Source of the DNA: Callorhinchus milii
Lineage: Eukaryota
NCBI RefSeq assembly: GCF_018977255.1
Contig: NW_024704746.1
Coordinates: 1,116,001 to 1,180,000 of the forward strand
DNA length: 64,000 nt
Reading direction: 5' to 3'
The notes below the pieces were generated by a model that ran no database searches, was not told the DNA's origin, and saw only the letters and a list, made by a program, of their open reading frames with translations. Below, one piece after another: positions 50,599 through 61,622 of this stretch; the stretch's first letter is position 1; each line of letters begins with the position of its first letter. The translations under genes and the position numbers were made by a program.

Positions 50599-51642
50599 TG
50601 GTAAGGTGAGGTGTTAGTTTCAAGGTGTTCTCAGGCACTGTATGAGTGTTCCCTATTGCTGGTTTCACTTTGTTCCTGAGTTTCTTTCTCTATCAGGGTA
50701 ACCGGAGTGCGGTTGTCAACACTGAGGGACAACCCAGCTGCTGTGATCTCTGCCCCTTCACTCTAACAACTCTACCTCCACAGAAGGGGAGAGTGAGAGT
50801 GGAAAGAGAAGAAGAAAAAATAATAAGGGAAAAATGAAGAGGGGGAGTGGGCTGAAGAGCGATTAATCAAGCGATGGATCTTGTAAATACGTCACCGGAG
50901 TCTGATGGGGAGAAGAGGTTAGTCGGGTGTCAGGGAAACAGTCGGGGTAATAAAATCATGCAGATTTATCTGTCTAAATTGGAAACTTCATGCTTACACC
51001 TGACTAAATCATCAAACTGAAACATTAGATTGCCTCCCACAGAAGATGTATGAAATCCAATCCCATCTTTGTTTAACGGGGGCCAATCGAAGAAACTAAT
51101 GTATTTTGCAGATGTTGTCAGCAGCATTGATTTCCGCGCTCAGAAATCTTTCCACTGCTCCTTGAAACAGTGTTTTTTAGTCTCCTGTTTAGCTTTCCCT
51201 TCTCCCGAAACCCCCTCCCCCCCACCCCCCGCCGCCCCATTGTCTACTTCTTTTAAGCCCCACTGCTCCTTTTTCTAAGAATTAAAGAATTTACTGAGAA
51301 ATCACAGGGATTAGGTCTGAGGGGGTGTAAGTGACCGTATCAGAAAGAGTCTCCAGCCCTGAGTCCTTTAATCTGGAACACACATGTTATTATTCCACAT
51401 TAGCCATGGTCTTCATAAATTTGACAAATATTAAACAAACATTGCAGGTGGTCAACAACTGCACTCAGCAGTTGGTTGCAGACTTCCCGAAGCTTGTGTG
51501 GTCGAGGCCAGCTCCCTTGTCTTTTCGTCCACTGTGACTGGGCAGGGAAAGCTATCGTAAAGATACAAACAGAGAAAGAGAAAGACACACACATTGACAC
51601 ACAGTTGTACACACACACATGTACCCACACGTAATGCATACA

Positions 51643-51782
51643 TAATAATAATCGTTTAATTTGATATAGCGCCTTATCACGACTTTGAGATGCTTCACAG
51701 GAGCGTCTCAATGCGCTTCACAGGATACACTGTAAAGTGTAGTGACTGTGTGATTTGTGGACGAAATGCGGTAGCCAATTGC
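51643..51782 (-). mobile_element. SINE tail fragment
   Basis: TTTGATATAGCGCCTTATCACG...GTAAAGTGTAGTGACTG. Confidence 0.8.
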
Positions 51783-53199
51783 TGATTACACAGAGAAACA
51801 CATACATATATACACAAAGTACACGTGTTTTCAGCCACTAACTTCCAAATCTTTTGAACTCTCCCTCAATTCTTCCATCTTGCCGCTCCTTCCCCTCTTT
51901 TAGATCCCGATGGAAGACCTCTTGAACCGTGCTTACAATTACTTACTCTTCCCCCCCAATCCCGATTGTTGTTGCACAGATTCAGATAGACACACGTGCA
52001 CTCAGACACACGCTCTGCCTCCCTTTCTCTCCACACCTTTGAATGTCATATGAATCTGATTAAAAATCGAATTAATCTCCAACCAAAGGTGAACAACGAT
52101 AATTTCTGTAAGATCAACACAAGCTCTGTTTCGTTCGGAAAAAAAACCCTCTGACAAGCCAACAGACAGCCTGACTATTTAGAGCCTTCTTTTTTTTAAA
52201 AAACACAGGGCTCAGCAATTACTCTCCTGTGTCAGCTTTAAGCTGCCAAAGAAGGGAATCAATAAGCTACAACCTCTCTCTTCTACCCCCTCCACCACTC
52301 CCTCCTTTGTGCTGTGACCTGGCCCTGACTTCAGATATCGCTCACTATCTTCCTCAATTCAATATGTGCAAAATTTGTTTGCAACAATATTGGCTGACAG
52401 GTAAAATCAAATTGGAAGATGAATGGACCTGAAATAGAGGGAGGGGGGAGGAGTGGGGAGAATAGTTTGGAAGAGAAGAGTTGCAGTTACCAGGGGTATT
52501 GCACACTAGCAGGAAATGCCTGAAGAAAATACATCTGGATTGTGAGGTGCTATGGATTAATTTACTAAAAAGCACATTCTTTTGCTGTCTAAAAAAAAGT
52601 AATATAGATTTGCAACCCTATTATTTCCTTGCGCACGCTCGCTTTTGTCTTCATAACTTTTATTCGTTCAGACAAAATGCAACCGACCCTCTCTGAGGGC
52701 TTCCCTCTTTTCCTTGCGAATTTTTTTGCGAAAAAAATATAGGTGATTAAAATTTAGGAATGCCAGTGGATCCCCTCAGGACCGTATTTAACATCTGTAA
52801 ATCTGCCACTTTTTCTTGCCAAAGTAAACAGCTTCGCATAAGGTTCAGAGGTGAGCAAGCCCTTCTTGTTTCCCCCTAGGTTCAAAGGAATCTGCCTGGG
52901 GACTCGCTGATTCAAGCCAAAGCGAGCAAGCAGAGTGTTTCAGCCCCCAGCACGGTGGCCCACACTGCATCTGTGTACACAATGCTCACATCTCCCACAC
53001 AAATACAAAAAAATTCTCATTAAAAATTATTGCTGTGTCAACATGCGTGTGTGGGTGTGAGGGGGGGAGGGGGGGGTTGGAGGACGGGTGTGTGTTGGTG
53101 AGGGCAGGGGGAAGTCCTGGTCTGCAAAAGCCATTGCTATCGAGGCTGCTACTTTAAGCAGAGAAGGAATGCAAAGGCTGAAGTCATCTGCTGCAAGAT

Positions 53200-53300
53200 T
53201 TTGAAAGCTCTCTCTGTCTCTTTTTCTCTCTCTCCTGTCACTCACTCTTATATAGCAGATCTTCCAACTGTTTAAGCTCACCCACCCACCCTTCCCACTC
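53200..53300 (-). promoter_or_regulatory. Candidate Pol II core promoter (TATA plus CACCC boxes)
   Basis: Minus-strand TATATAAG at 53254-53247, tandem GGGTG boxes at 53279-53291 upstream, GA-rich leader downstream, within a repeat-poor block. Confidence 0.35.
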
Positions 53301-53559
53301 CCTCACGCAATCTGTCCAAGTTTCTCAGTTACCCAGTCAATGAACTTCCTCTGTCAGTAAAGCACACATTCCCTGTCTAGTAAGAGATAGCCTGGTGGTT
53401 TTTTTCTTCTTCTTCTGCGTAGAATTCTTCCATTGAAATCTCTTTGGATCATGTTCCACTCCGTATGTATGTCAATTTCACGAAGGAGGAGGGGAATGCA
53501 GTGACTAGTTCTCTGACCGATTAAGCAAAATTGGTTTGAAATTATGATGATGATATAAT

Positions 53560-53941
53560 TAATAATAATAATCGTTGCATTTGATACAGCGCTTTATCAC
53601 GTCATTGAGATGTCTCAAAGCGATTCACAGAATATACTGTAAAGTGAATGGACTGTATATTTTGTGGGCGAAACGTGGCAGCCAATTGCGCACAGCAGCG
53701 TCCCCACAAACAGATGTGGATTGAGTGACCAAATCATTATTTATTTATTTAATTTTGAAGGGATTATTACCCCTGGAAAGCGATCCGCCAATCGACTAAC
53801 AACCGGGTTCCTACTGACTACTAAGTAAACAGAGGCGTGTGGAGTAAGGAAACTTGACCAACATTTCACTCGGTCCGGGAATTGAACCCGGGTCCTCTCC
53901 CTTGCAAGGTGAGTGCTCTAACCAATATGCCACGGGACTCC
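53560..53941 (-). mobile_element. tRNA-derived SINE family A, full length and well preserved
   Basis: Head GGAGTCCCGTGGCATATTGGTTAGAGCAC, B box GGTTCAATTCC, many CpGs retained. Confidence 0.93.
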
Positions 53942-54876
53942 ATGATACCATATATCGCTTATCCTCCTCCGCATTAGTGAAATAATACACAATACAGTGT
54001 ACGTTTTGTGAAAAAAGGTTAACACGGGGAACAATCCATTTTGCTCAAAACTACAAGCCCTCAGACGATCACATGATGTAGGTTTTGCTAAAAGTTTAAT
54101 GAAGCAATTAAATTATTCACTGGGTTTTGGGGATGCAATTTGTGGGATGTTAAACGTAGCCAGAAATGATGACTAATTGAGACACAATTATCAATCATCT
54201 AGATAAAAAAAGAAAAATTGCTCATTCACCTCATGGATGTTTGCGGGACATCATTGCGTACAAATTGCAGCGTTCACCTATGAATTATACAGCCACTACA
54301 CTTTACAGTGAAATCCTGTGAAGTGCTTTGAGACATTTCAGTGAGGTGAGGAGGCACTGTATGAAATACAAGGAATATTTATTTACTTAGATACTTTACA
54401 ACCTCATTAATGACATGGAACTGGAATCAGATAGCTTCATAAAACAGATTTGGTTCTCTTTGTTCAATTATTACAGGGGTGATAGCTGGATTACACACAG
54501 GAATCTGCAGCGAGGGAGATGTCAGGGAACTCGACTCTGTCAAAGGGGTGTGGGGTGAAATTGTAACAGGTGATGCGATAATCAGTACCAGTTATAGTGA
54601 TATGCTGATTATCACCACTCACTTATAATCATTACATCCTATGCTATAGATTTTTCCCTCTTTTCCCCTGCACTTTCCGTCACTTCATTAACTCTTCAAA
54701 AATCTCTCTGGCTTTCTATTTTTTTAAAACTTTATGCTATGTTGTGGTTATTCTGGGGAAGCAAAATCCTAAATAAAAGGGAAAAAAAGCATTTAAAGAG
54801 CAAAGTAGAACAAACATGCAGGGTTGGAAAGCTATGCTGTGCCGAGTCTTTGCTACTGAATCACACATTACAAATG

Positions 54877-55065
54877 GCAAAATACTGCAGATGCTGGAAA
54901 TCTGGTAGAAACGCAGAAGTCGCCGGGAACACACAGCAGGTCAGGCAGCATCTATGGAGAGAAAAAACTGAGTTAACGTTTCAAGTCGATGGCTTTTGGT
55001 CAACGAACTCATTTTCCTCTCTCCATAGATGCCTGACCTGCACGTTGCCAGCGACTTCTGTGTTT
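54877..55065 (-). mobile_element. Penelope-like palindromic remnant
   Basis: Tail GCAAAATACTGCAGATGCTGGAAATCTG on the left, inverted arms CAGGTCAGGCAGCATCTATGGAGAGA / TCTCTCCATAGATGCCTGACCTG, flanks ATCACACATTACAAATG/ATCACTTGTTACAAATG. Confidence 0.72.
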
Positions 55066-55327
55066 ATCACTTGTTACAAATGCCTGGCTCCACTGAGAAA
55101 GAGCTGTGGTGGGGAATCTAGTCCGTACGTAGCACTTTGAGTTGAATGAAACATCACTTAAGATGCTGATGTCAATTTAGCAATATCACAATGCTGATGC
55201 AAGCCAGTTGGTAGAGACTCGGTACAGAGAGGAGCACTTCATCATGTTACCCTGTACACAGTGGAACTGACTGTTATTCACCTTCCTCCTTTCACTCAAA
55301 ATTACAGGGCTTAGAATCCTATAGTTG

Positions 55328-55440
55328 TAATAATAATAATCCTTGCATTTGATATAGCGCTGCATCACTTCATTGAGATGTCTCAAAGCGCTTCACAGAA
55401 TATACCGTAAAGTGAATTGACTGTATATTTTGTGGGCGAA
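55328..55440 (-). mobile_element. SINE A tail
   Basis: (AAT)nCCTTGCATTTGATATAGCGC...GTGGGCGAA. Confidence 0.85.
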
Positions 55441-55724
55441 TTATCATTTACAGCACAGAAGAACCCATTCGGTCCACCGAGTTTGCAAAAGCTCTCAGAA
55501 CAAGCTGCTCGTTCAAACCCACTGCCCTGCCTCATCCCTAATACCCCTCCACCTTATGAGAACTCAATTCTTTTCAAATCCAATTAGAGTCACAGTAGAA
55601 AAAGTAAGTATATTTACCGCTGTCGGGTCATATCAATTTCAAGTGTATTATATCAAATACTCTTGGTGTAAGTTTGTATGGCTTTTGTATACATATACAA
55701 TATACCATGTACATATATTGCAAA

Positions 55725-56043
55725 GCAGTCCTGTAGCTCTTTGGTTAGAGCACTCACCTCGCAAGCAAGAGACTTGGGTTCAATTCCCGGCAGGATGAAA
55801 TGTTGGACAAGTTTCCTTACTCCACACGCCTCTGTTTACGCAGCAGTAAGTAGAAAGTCGATTGGCGGATCACTTTTCCGGGTGTAATAATTTCTTCAAA
55901 AAAATAAAAATGAATTGATCATTTCAACCCGCGACTGTCCGTGGGACACTGCTGTGTGCTATTGACTGCTGTGTTTTTCCCCAAAAAATATACAGTCAAT
56001 TCACTTTACAATATATTCTGTGAAGTGCTTTGAGACGTCTCGA
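55725..56043 (+). mobile_element. tRNA-derived SINE family A, 3' tail truncated
   Basis: GTCCTGTAGCTCTTTGGTTAGAGCAC...GGTTCAATTCC; ends at GAGACGTCTCG, abutting a CR1 fragment. Confidence 0.9.
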
Positions 56044-56049
56044 AGTCCA

Positions 56050-56140
56050 GAATCCAGGATTATTTTGTTACCCAGAGGGTAATTAACAAATGAAACATGT
56101 TTCCGAGAAGGGTGGTCGAGGCCAGGGAACTCGATTCAAT
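56050..56140 (+). mobile_element. CR1 ORF2 fragment
   Basis: FVTQRVINK*NMFPRRVVEA matches the CR1 FFTQRVV..WN.LP..VVEA motif. Confidence 0.7.
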
Positions 56141-56520
56141 AAAAATAATCCTCCATTTTCAAAAGCACCTCACGAAGCATTGTATCATTTTCTTTTTAAT
56201 AAAAATCATTAGTAAATAGCAAGGCAACATAACTAAATGTAAAGCTCCCTTCACCAAGGCATCTATTAATATTTCAGCCAGTAAATATTAATTGAGTGTT
56301 CAGTAAAATATAAAAAACAAGAAAAACAGATCCAAGTTAGGACTTACAGACGTGCCAGCATTAACACTTCAACATTCAGACTCAATGAGCTGAATGACCA
56401 TCTCCTGTGCTGAACCTTTCTGTGCTTCAATGATTGCATGCAAATATTGAAGACAGAAGAAAGAACTCTGAGCCTAGAGCAATGCAACAGACTCTCCATA
56501 TAAATGTTACAGTTTATACT

Positions 56521-56848
56521 TAATAATAATCCTTCCATTTAATACAGCTCTGTATTGCCTCGCGAACATGTCTCTAAACACTTCACGGGATTCACTGTAA
56601 AGTGTAGTGACTGCATATTGTTTAGGCAGTCAATTTGTGCACAGTAATGTCCCACAAACAGCCATGGGCAGACTGGACCTTGGTTTTACATTTCATCTGA
56701 AGGATGGCACCTCCAACAATGCAGCATACCCCCAGCACCACTTTGGAGTGTCAGCCTAGACTGCAAGCTCAAAGTCCTGGTATGGGGCTTGAACCCACAA
56801 CCTTCTGCCTCAACAGCTGGAGTGCTACCAACTGAGCCAGGCTGACAC
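56521..56848 (-). mobile_element. DeuSINE with internal deletion
   Basis: CATCTGAAGGATGGCACCTCC, GGAGTGTCAGCCTAGA, GTGCTACCAACTGAGCCAGGCTGACAC. Confidence 0.88.
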
Positions 56849-59333
56849 CAGTTTAGTCACCAAGATAGTAAAAAAACAAGAAAAGTCTCCCCTGAACTTG
56901 GTTTCTTGCAAGATTACAATAATAACTAATACACTTTACTAAAACATCTTTTGCTTATTTGAATTTTCTCTGAAAGCTACTTTTCCAGCTGCTTATTTCA
57001 ACTCTGTTATTCCATTAATCCGTTTCTCTCTTTTTTCATTAAAAAAAATCATTAAAACATTCATTCAACTACATCTGGTTTACACACTTTGCACTCACAG
57101 AATGCCACACAGATGCAAACTGAATGCGGGACCACATATCAAATGTAATTCTGTTCAATAGCCCCATTTGAAGTGAGTTAACCTCACCGGAGCTTTCCCT
57201 GGAGTATTACAAATACTGGAGTACAGTAATGTTTCACAGTCCCTGGGGAAAGGTGGCAGACAGCAAAGTAAATATTCCAGATCATCTTTCCAGACGACTC
57301 CTTAAAACTTTCTGTTAATGGAGCTCCATGTTCCTCAGAAAGAACTTGCAGATGGAATTTGTTTTTGAGACAGTTATGAAACGAGCCTCGAGAGACCATT
57401 GGAAAAAGGGATATGTGCAGCTTTGGTGCACACAAGAGCAACAACACAAATTCAATGTCAAACGCCTTATTTATAGTTAATGCTGAAAGGGTCTTGAAGA
57501 AATATTGGACGGTCGACTATATATTGCTTCAGAGGTATCCTAAAGTTAAAGGCGTCCCTCAGCGATAGTTTCCAATCCCCCTCCCCCAAAAAGGTTGAGG
57601 GGCCCAATTGTATCCCACAATGTGTTCTGAGTCTGAATAAGGTTTTTTTTTAAACTAGTGCGAATTATGAATTATCATCCTTCTGCTCCCCACCCCCACC
57701 CCCCACCCCCCCCCCACCTCCCAATGATTCAGGCACAAAAGTAAAAATTTGCATTTTTACAGCACCTTATCATAATGACCATCTCAAAGCGCTTCACAAG
57801 TAATCATTGTCAACCCTGCGGTCTGTTTGTGTCGGGAATCGTGCCATTTCCATTTCCCCACACTCGTCTAGTCTCAGTTTGCATGCAGTGCAATCTGGGT
57901 CTGAAACGTAGGCTTTCTAATGGGATTGCTTAAAAAGAAATCAAGTACTTTTTTTTTTAGCCCCCAAGCAGAAAAAATAATGTATCTGAGCATTAATTCT
58001 ATTCCACATATGCCTGGGGGACAAAAAACTTTTCTAGTTATTTCAGGCAGGTTAAAAAAAATCTCAAACAAGCTGTGCAGCCAAGTTCGAAATAAACTAC
58101 ACAATCAGCTCCTTTTTACAAGTCTCTTTCGAACTTCCTTCAGTTCTAATCATTTTCTAAACTCCTGACCCCATACCTATCAACCTGGAGCTTGCTCAAT
58201 GATTGACAGCTTTTACCCCCAGGACCATCTCCCTCTGCTGGATACATGTGTCATCACACAATGTAGTGCTGAAACCCCGCAGAGGTTACAGCGAGGCCTA
58301 CTTCGAGGCCAAGTCGTAGTCTAGTCGCAGTCATTTTGTCCAACTTTAGGCGATTGTGCAGAACGGGTAAAATTCTTACATTCGCCCTGAATTTGGAAGC
58401 CGGTTCTTTCCTTCAAGCTGCAGAAAAAGGGCTTCCAAAGTTAAGGCATCTGCACAATTTGTTCACAATCGTACATTTTTAGCCAAAATAGTCATACAGG
58501 CTGAGGCTGGGTGGGGCACAGATTTGGCTCACGCTCTGTTTTGGTGGTGCATCCATCGTACACTAATTGCTAAAATCTTTTTGTCAAATCCTAGCATTTC
58601 ATACAGCTCCACCATCATGTTGTTTCACCATCTCAAAGTGCTTATGTGTGTAATGTTGTGCCCAATAACAGGAAAATACCCAAATGCTTAAGGCAAACAC
58701 AGCCAAATTCTTCCCACATAAGTCAAATGTTACTGCTGACAGCCAGTCTCGATTACATAGAAAGTGATAGCTGGACAAATGGGCAGGGATGCCTTTACAT
58801 GCCTTTGAAAGGAATGTGGGAAGGCTGGCTCTCATTGGCATGACAATATAAAATTAGGAGCTAGCCTCGTTAACGTGGTGAAAGGCATTTGCAAAGCAAA
58901 CTACCAATGATACCGAAGGTCCTCCTTTGCAAGTGCTTCTCTCTGTAGCCACGCAGATCCGAGGAGTGTACAAGGCCCTTCTGCGAGTTGGGAAGTCAGT
59001 CTGCTCATGTGATAGTCCAGGAAACAGTACATACCGCTCGCTGGTAAATGAAGATGATTATACTCACGTCTTATTATTCCAAGGCCAGTGTTCCCACATC
59101 CTGATCAGACATCTGACGTGGAGCAATTGTTCTGTTTGTCCAGAAGATTTTCATGTGTACAAACAAGAGCAAGCTCCCAGTGAGAAAAGTGCAGACACTG
59201 TCTCTGTGCTTTTCATTCCTAAAAACACTTTTTTTTATGTATTGGACTGAAATTGGCAGCACTTTGGTGTTCCACTACCACATATGAACACTTTATGAAA
59301 TGCCTCTAATTGCACCCTGATATCTATTAACGT

Positions 59334-59701
59334 GGAGTCTTGTAGCATACTGGTTAGAGCACTCGCCTTGCAACCAAGAGGACCTGGGTTCGATTTCAAG
59401 GCAGGGCAAAACCTTAGGCAAGTTTCCTCACTCCACAACTCTGTTTACCTAGCAGTACATAGGAACGCGGGTGTTAGTCGATTGGCAGATCGCTTTTCCA
59501 GGAATAATATTCCCCAAAATAATAATAATTTGGTCACTCAACAACTGTTCATGGGATGCTGCTATGCACAATTGGCTGTTGTATTTCGGCCACAAAATAT
59601 AGTCAATTCACTTTACAGTATATTCTGTGAAGCGCTTTGAGCCGTCTCTATGGTGTGTAAACCCGCTATATCAAATATCAAATGCAAGGATTATTATTAC
59701 T
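59334..59701 (+). mobile_element. tRNA-derived SINE family A, full length
   Basis: GGAGTCTTGTAGCATACTGGTTAGAGCAC, GGTTCGATTTC, tail AAATGCAAGGATTATTATT. Confidence 0.92.
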
Positions 59702-60590
59702 ATTTCCATTATGGTGTAGAGACTGCGGTAGGAAAAGGTCAAGTAGCCAGGTCCAAATCACGTCTTTACTCTGGAAACAGCAAATTGTTACATTGTGAGT
59801 ATTGGTTACAAGAGGTTTATGTAAAAATAGTGCTCATTTTCTGGACCTGCAGCATTGGGTGGATCTCAATGCACATCTAGGACAGAGAAGAGTTACTGTA
59901 GACAGCTGGAGCCTGCAAGCAAATGGCATTTCAGTGAAACTGAGTAAAGGCACATCACTCATAGTGGTGCAGTAATGGGAGGTCAAAGGTCACATGTACA
60001 GAAGACTGATGGAAGGCAAAATCGCTCACTGCACAAATGGTTCAGCTAAAGTGTTGGGGAAGGGATCTTGACGTTTCAGTTATTGCAACCGTTCTAAGGT
60101 TTTATCAGGACGGGAATATTTCTGGGAGGAATGTGAACGTTTGCTATTATAGGGCACTGTAGATGTCTGTTGAATTCAGTGGGTCAATATTTTTATTATA
60201 AAACCTAAATAAGCAGAGAGACCCACTCCATCAGATTAAAGGGGATGTAAGCTTGCTTTCCGAGATTGGTATGACTTGAACCCCGCTGTTATTTTATCAC
60301 TGCAACATGTTTATTTCTGTTAATCTCATGTTCCAAGAATGCTGGCATGTGTCATTACTCGCTTATTTATTTGAACATTTCTAACGCAAGACAGTGTTAG
60401 TTGATTTAGTGGATTTACTTGTCTTTGAAAATTGAGATCTTTTTTGGATTTGGGATATATTGCTCAAATTTAAGGGTCACAGGCTGTCCTTTGGAGCTGG
60501 AGTAATTACAAGAACCATGCCAATGAAGAAGGCTCTTTGGCTCACTAGATCTCATCCATGCACAATGCCCACCGTCTCCCATCTCCCATT

Positions 60591-60930
60591 GGAGTCCTGT
60601 AGTGTAATGATTAGCACACTCGCCTCGCAAGCGAGAGGACTCGGGTTAGATTCCCAGGCATGGTGAAACCTTAGGCAAGTTTCCTTACTCCACACGCCTC
60701 TGTTTATCTTGCAGTACGTAAGTTGTTAGTCAATTCTGGATCACTTTCCGGGGATAATAATAAATGTGGTCACTTAACCCATGACTGTTGGTGGGACATC
60801 ATTGTGTGCAATTGGCTGCCACGCTTGCCCACAAAATACCCAGTTAATCCACTTTACAGGATATTCTGTGAAGCATTTTGAGATGTCCCAACGATGTGAT
60901 ATGGCGCTATATCAAACGTAATGTTATTAT
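60591..60930 (+). mobile_element. tRNA-derived SINE family A, variant head; tail hit by a Penelope-like insertion
   Basis: GGAGTCCTGTAGTGTAATGATTAGCACACTCGCCTCGCAAGCGAGAGG; tail sequence GTAAGGATTATT resumes near 61276. Confidence 0.9.
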
Positions 60931-61275
60931 ACAAAACGCAATATACTGCAGTTGCTGGAAATCTGAAACACAAACAGAAGTTGCTGGGAACATGCAGCAG
61001 GTCAGGCAGTTGCTCTTTTCTTCGACATAACTTTTGTTCTTCCCTTTTACCCTGCTCACCTTATTTGCTATCTGTTTCCCTTCTTGTGTTTGACCCTATT
61101 TTCTCCTTTGTCTTCCTTGTCTTGCCTCGTCCCTCTCTGTTAGTCCTTAAAAGCCTCTTCTTCCCAACATGCCCCAGTTCTGACGAAGGGTCATGGACCC
61201 GAAACATTGACTCACTTTCCTTTCTTCGTAGATGCTGCCTGACCTGCTGAGTAAACCCAGTGACTTCTGTTTACG
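60931..61275 (-). mobile_element. Penelope-like remnant with inverted ends and pyrimidine-rich internal segment
   Basis: Left tail and arm 60938-61009, right arm 61176-61272 carrying the hammerhead motif; flanks GTAATGTTATTAT/GTAAGGATTATTAT. Confidence 0.75.
61176..61212 (+). ncRNA. Minimal type I hammerhead ribozyme motif (Penelope-associated)
   Basis: AGTT (stem I) CTGACGA A GGGTC-ATG-GACCC (perfect stem II) GAAA CA TT GACT (stem I'). Conserved cores CUGANGA and GAAA are present. Activity not shown. Confidence 0.65.
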
Positions 61276-61444
61276 TGTAAGGATTATTATTATTATTTTG
61301 ATTAGTTGTTTCTGCAATGAGTCCAACTTTTCGGTTCAGCCACCCTTCCTGGTAACCAGGTGTTGATTATTTCCAACTGCAAAACTTGAGAGGACTTGTT
61401 TCCCGGGGGAAAGAGGGGATCCTTTTGCTTTCTGGGCATAAAAA

Positions 61445-61622
61445 TGTGGTTGCTGAATCAACGATTATTTGTGAGACACTCCTGTGCACAATTGGCTGCC
61501 ATGTTTCACCCACAATATAAAGTAATTGTAAAGACACACTTTCCAATTCATTTTTTAAAGCACTTCGAGACAGCTCAACGTTGTGATAGGCGTTATATCA
61601 AATAGAAGGACTATTATTATAA
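61445..61622 (+). mobile_element. SINE A 3' half
   Basis: CCTGTGCACAATTGGCTGCC...GATAGGCGTTATATCAAATAGAAGGACTATTATT. Confidence 0.75.

Noticed and set aside
57687-57722. C-rich tract with G-quadruplex potential (a G-rich tract also at 17608-17662)
   Set aside because: Ordinary low-complexity sequence with no supporting context.
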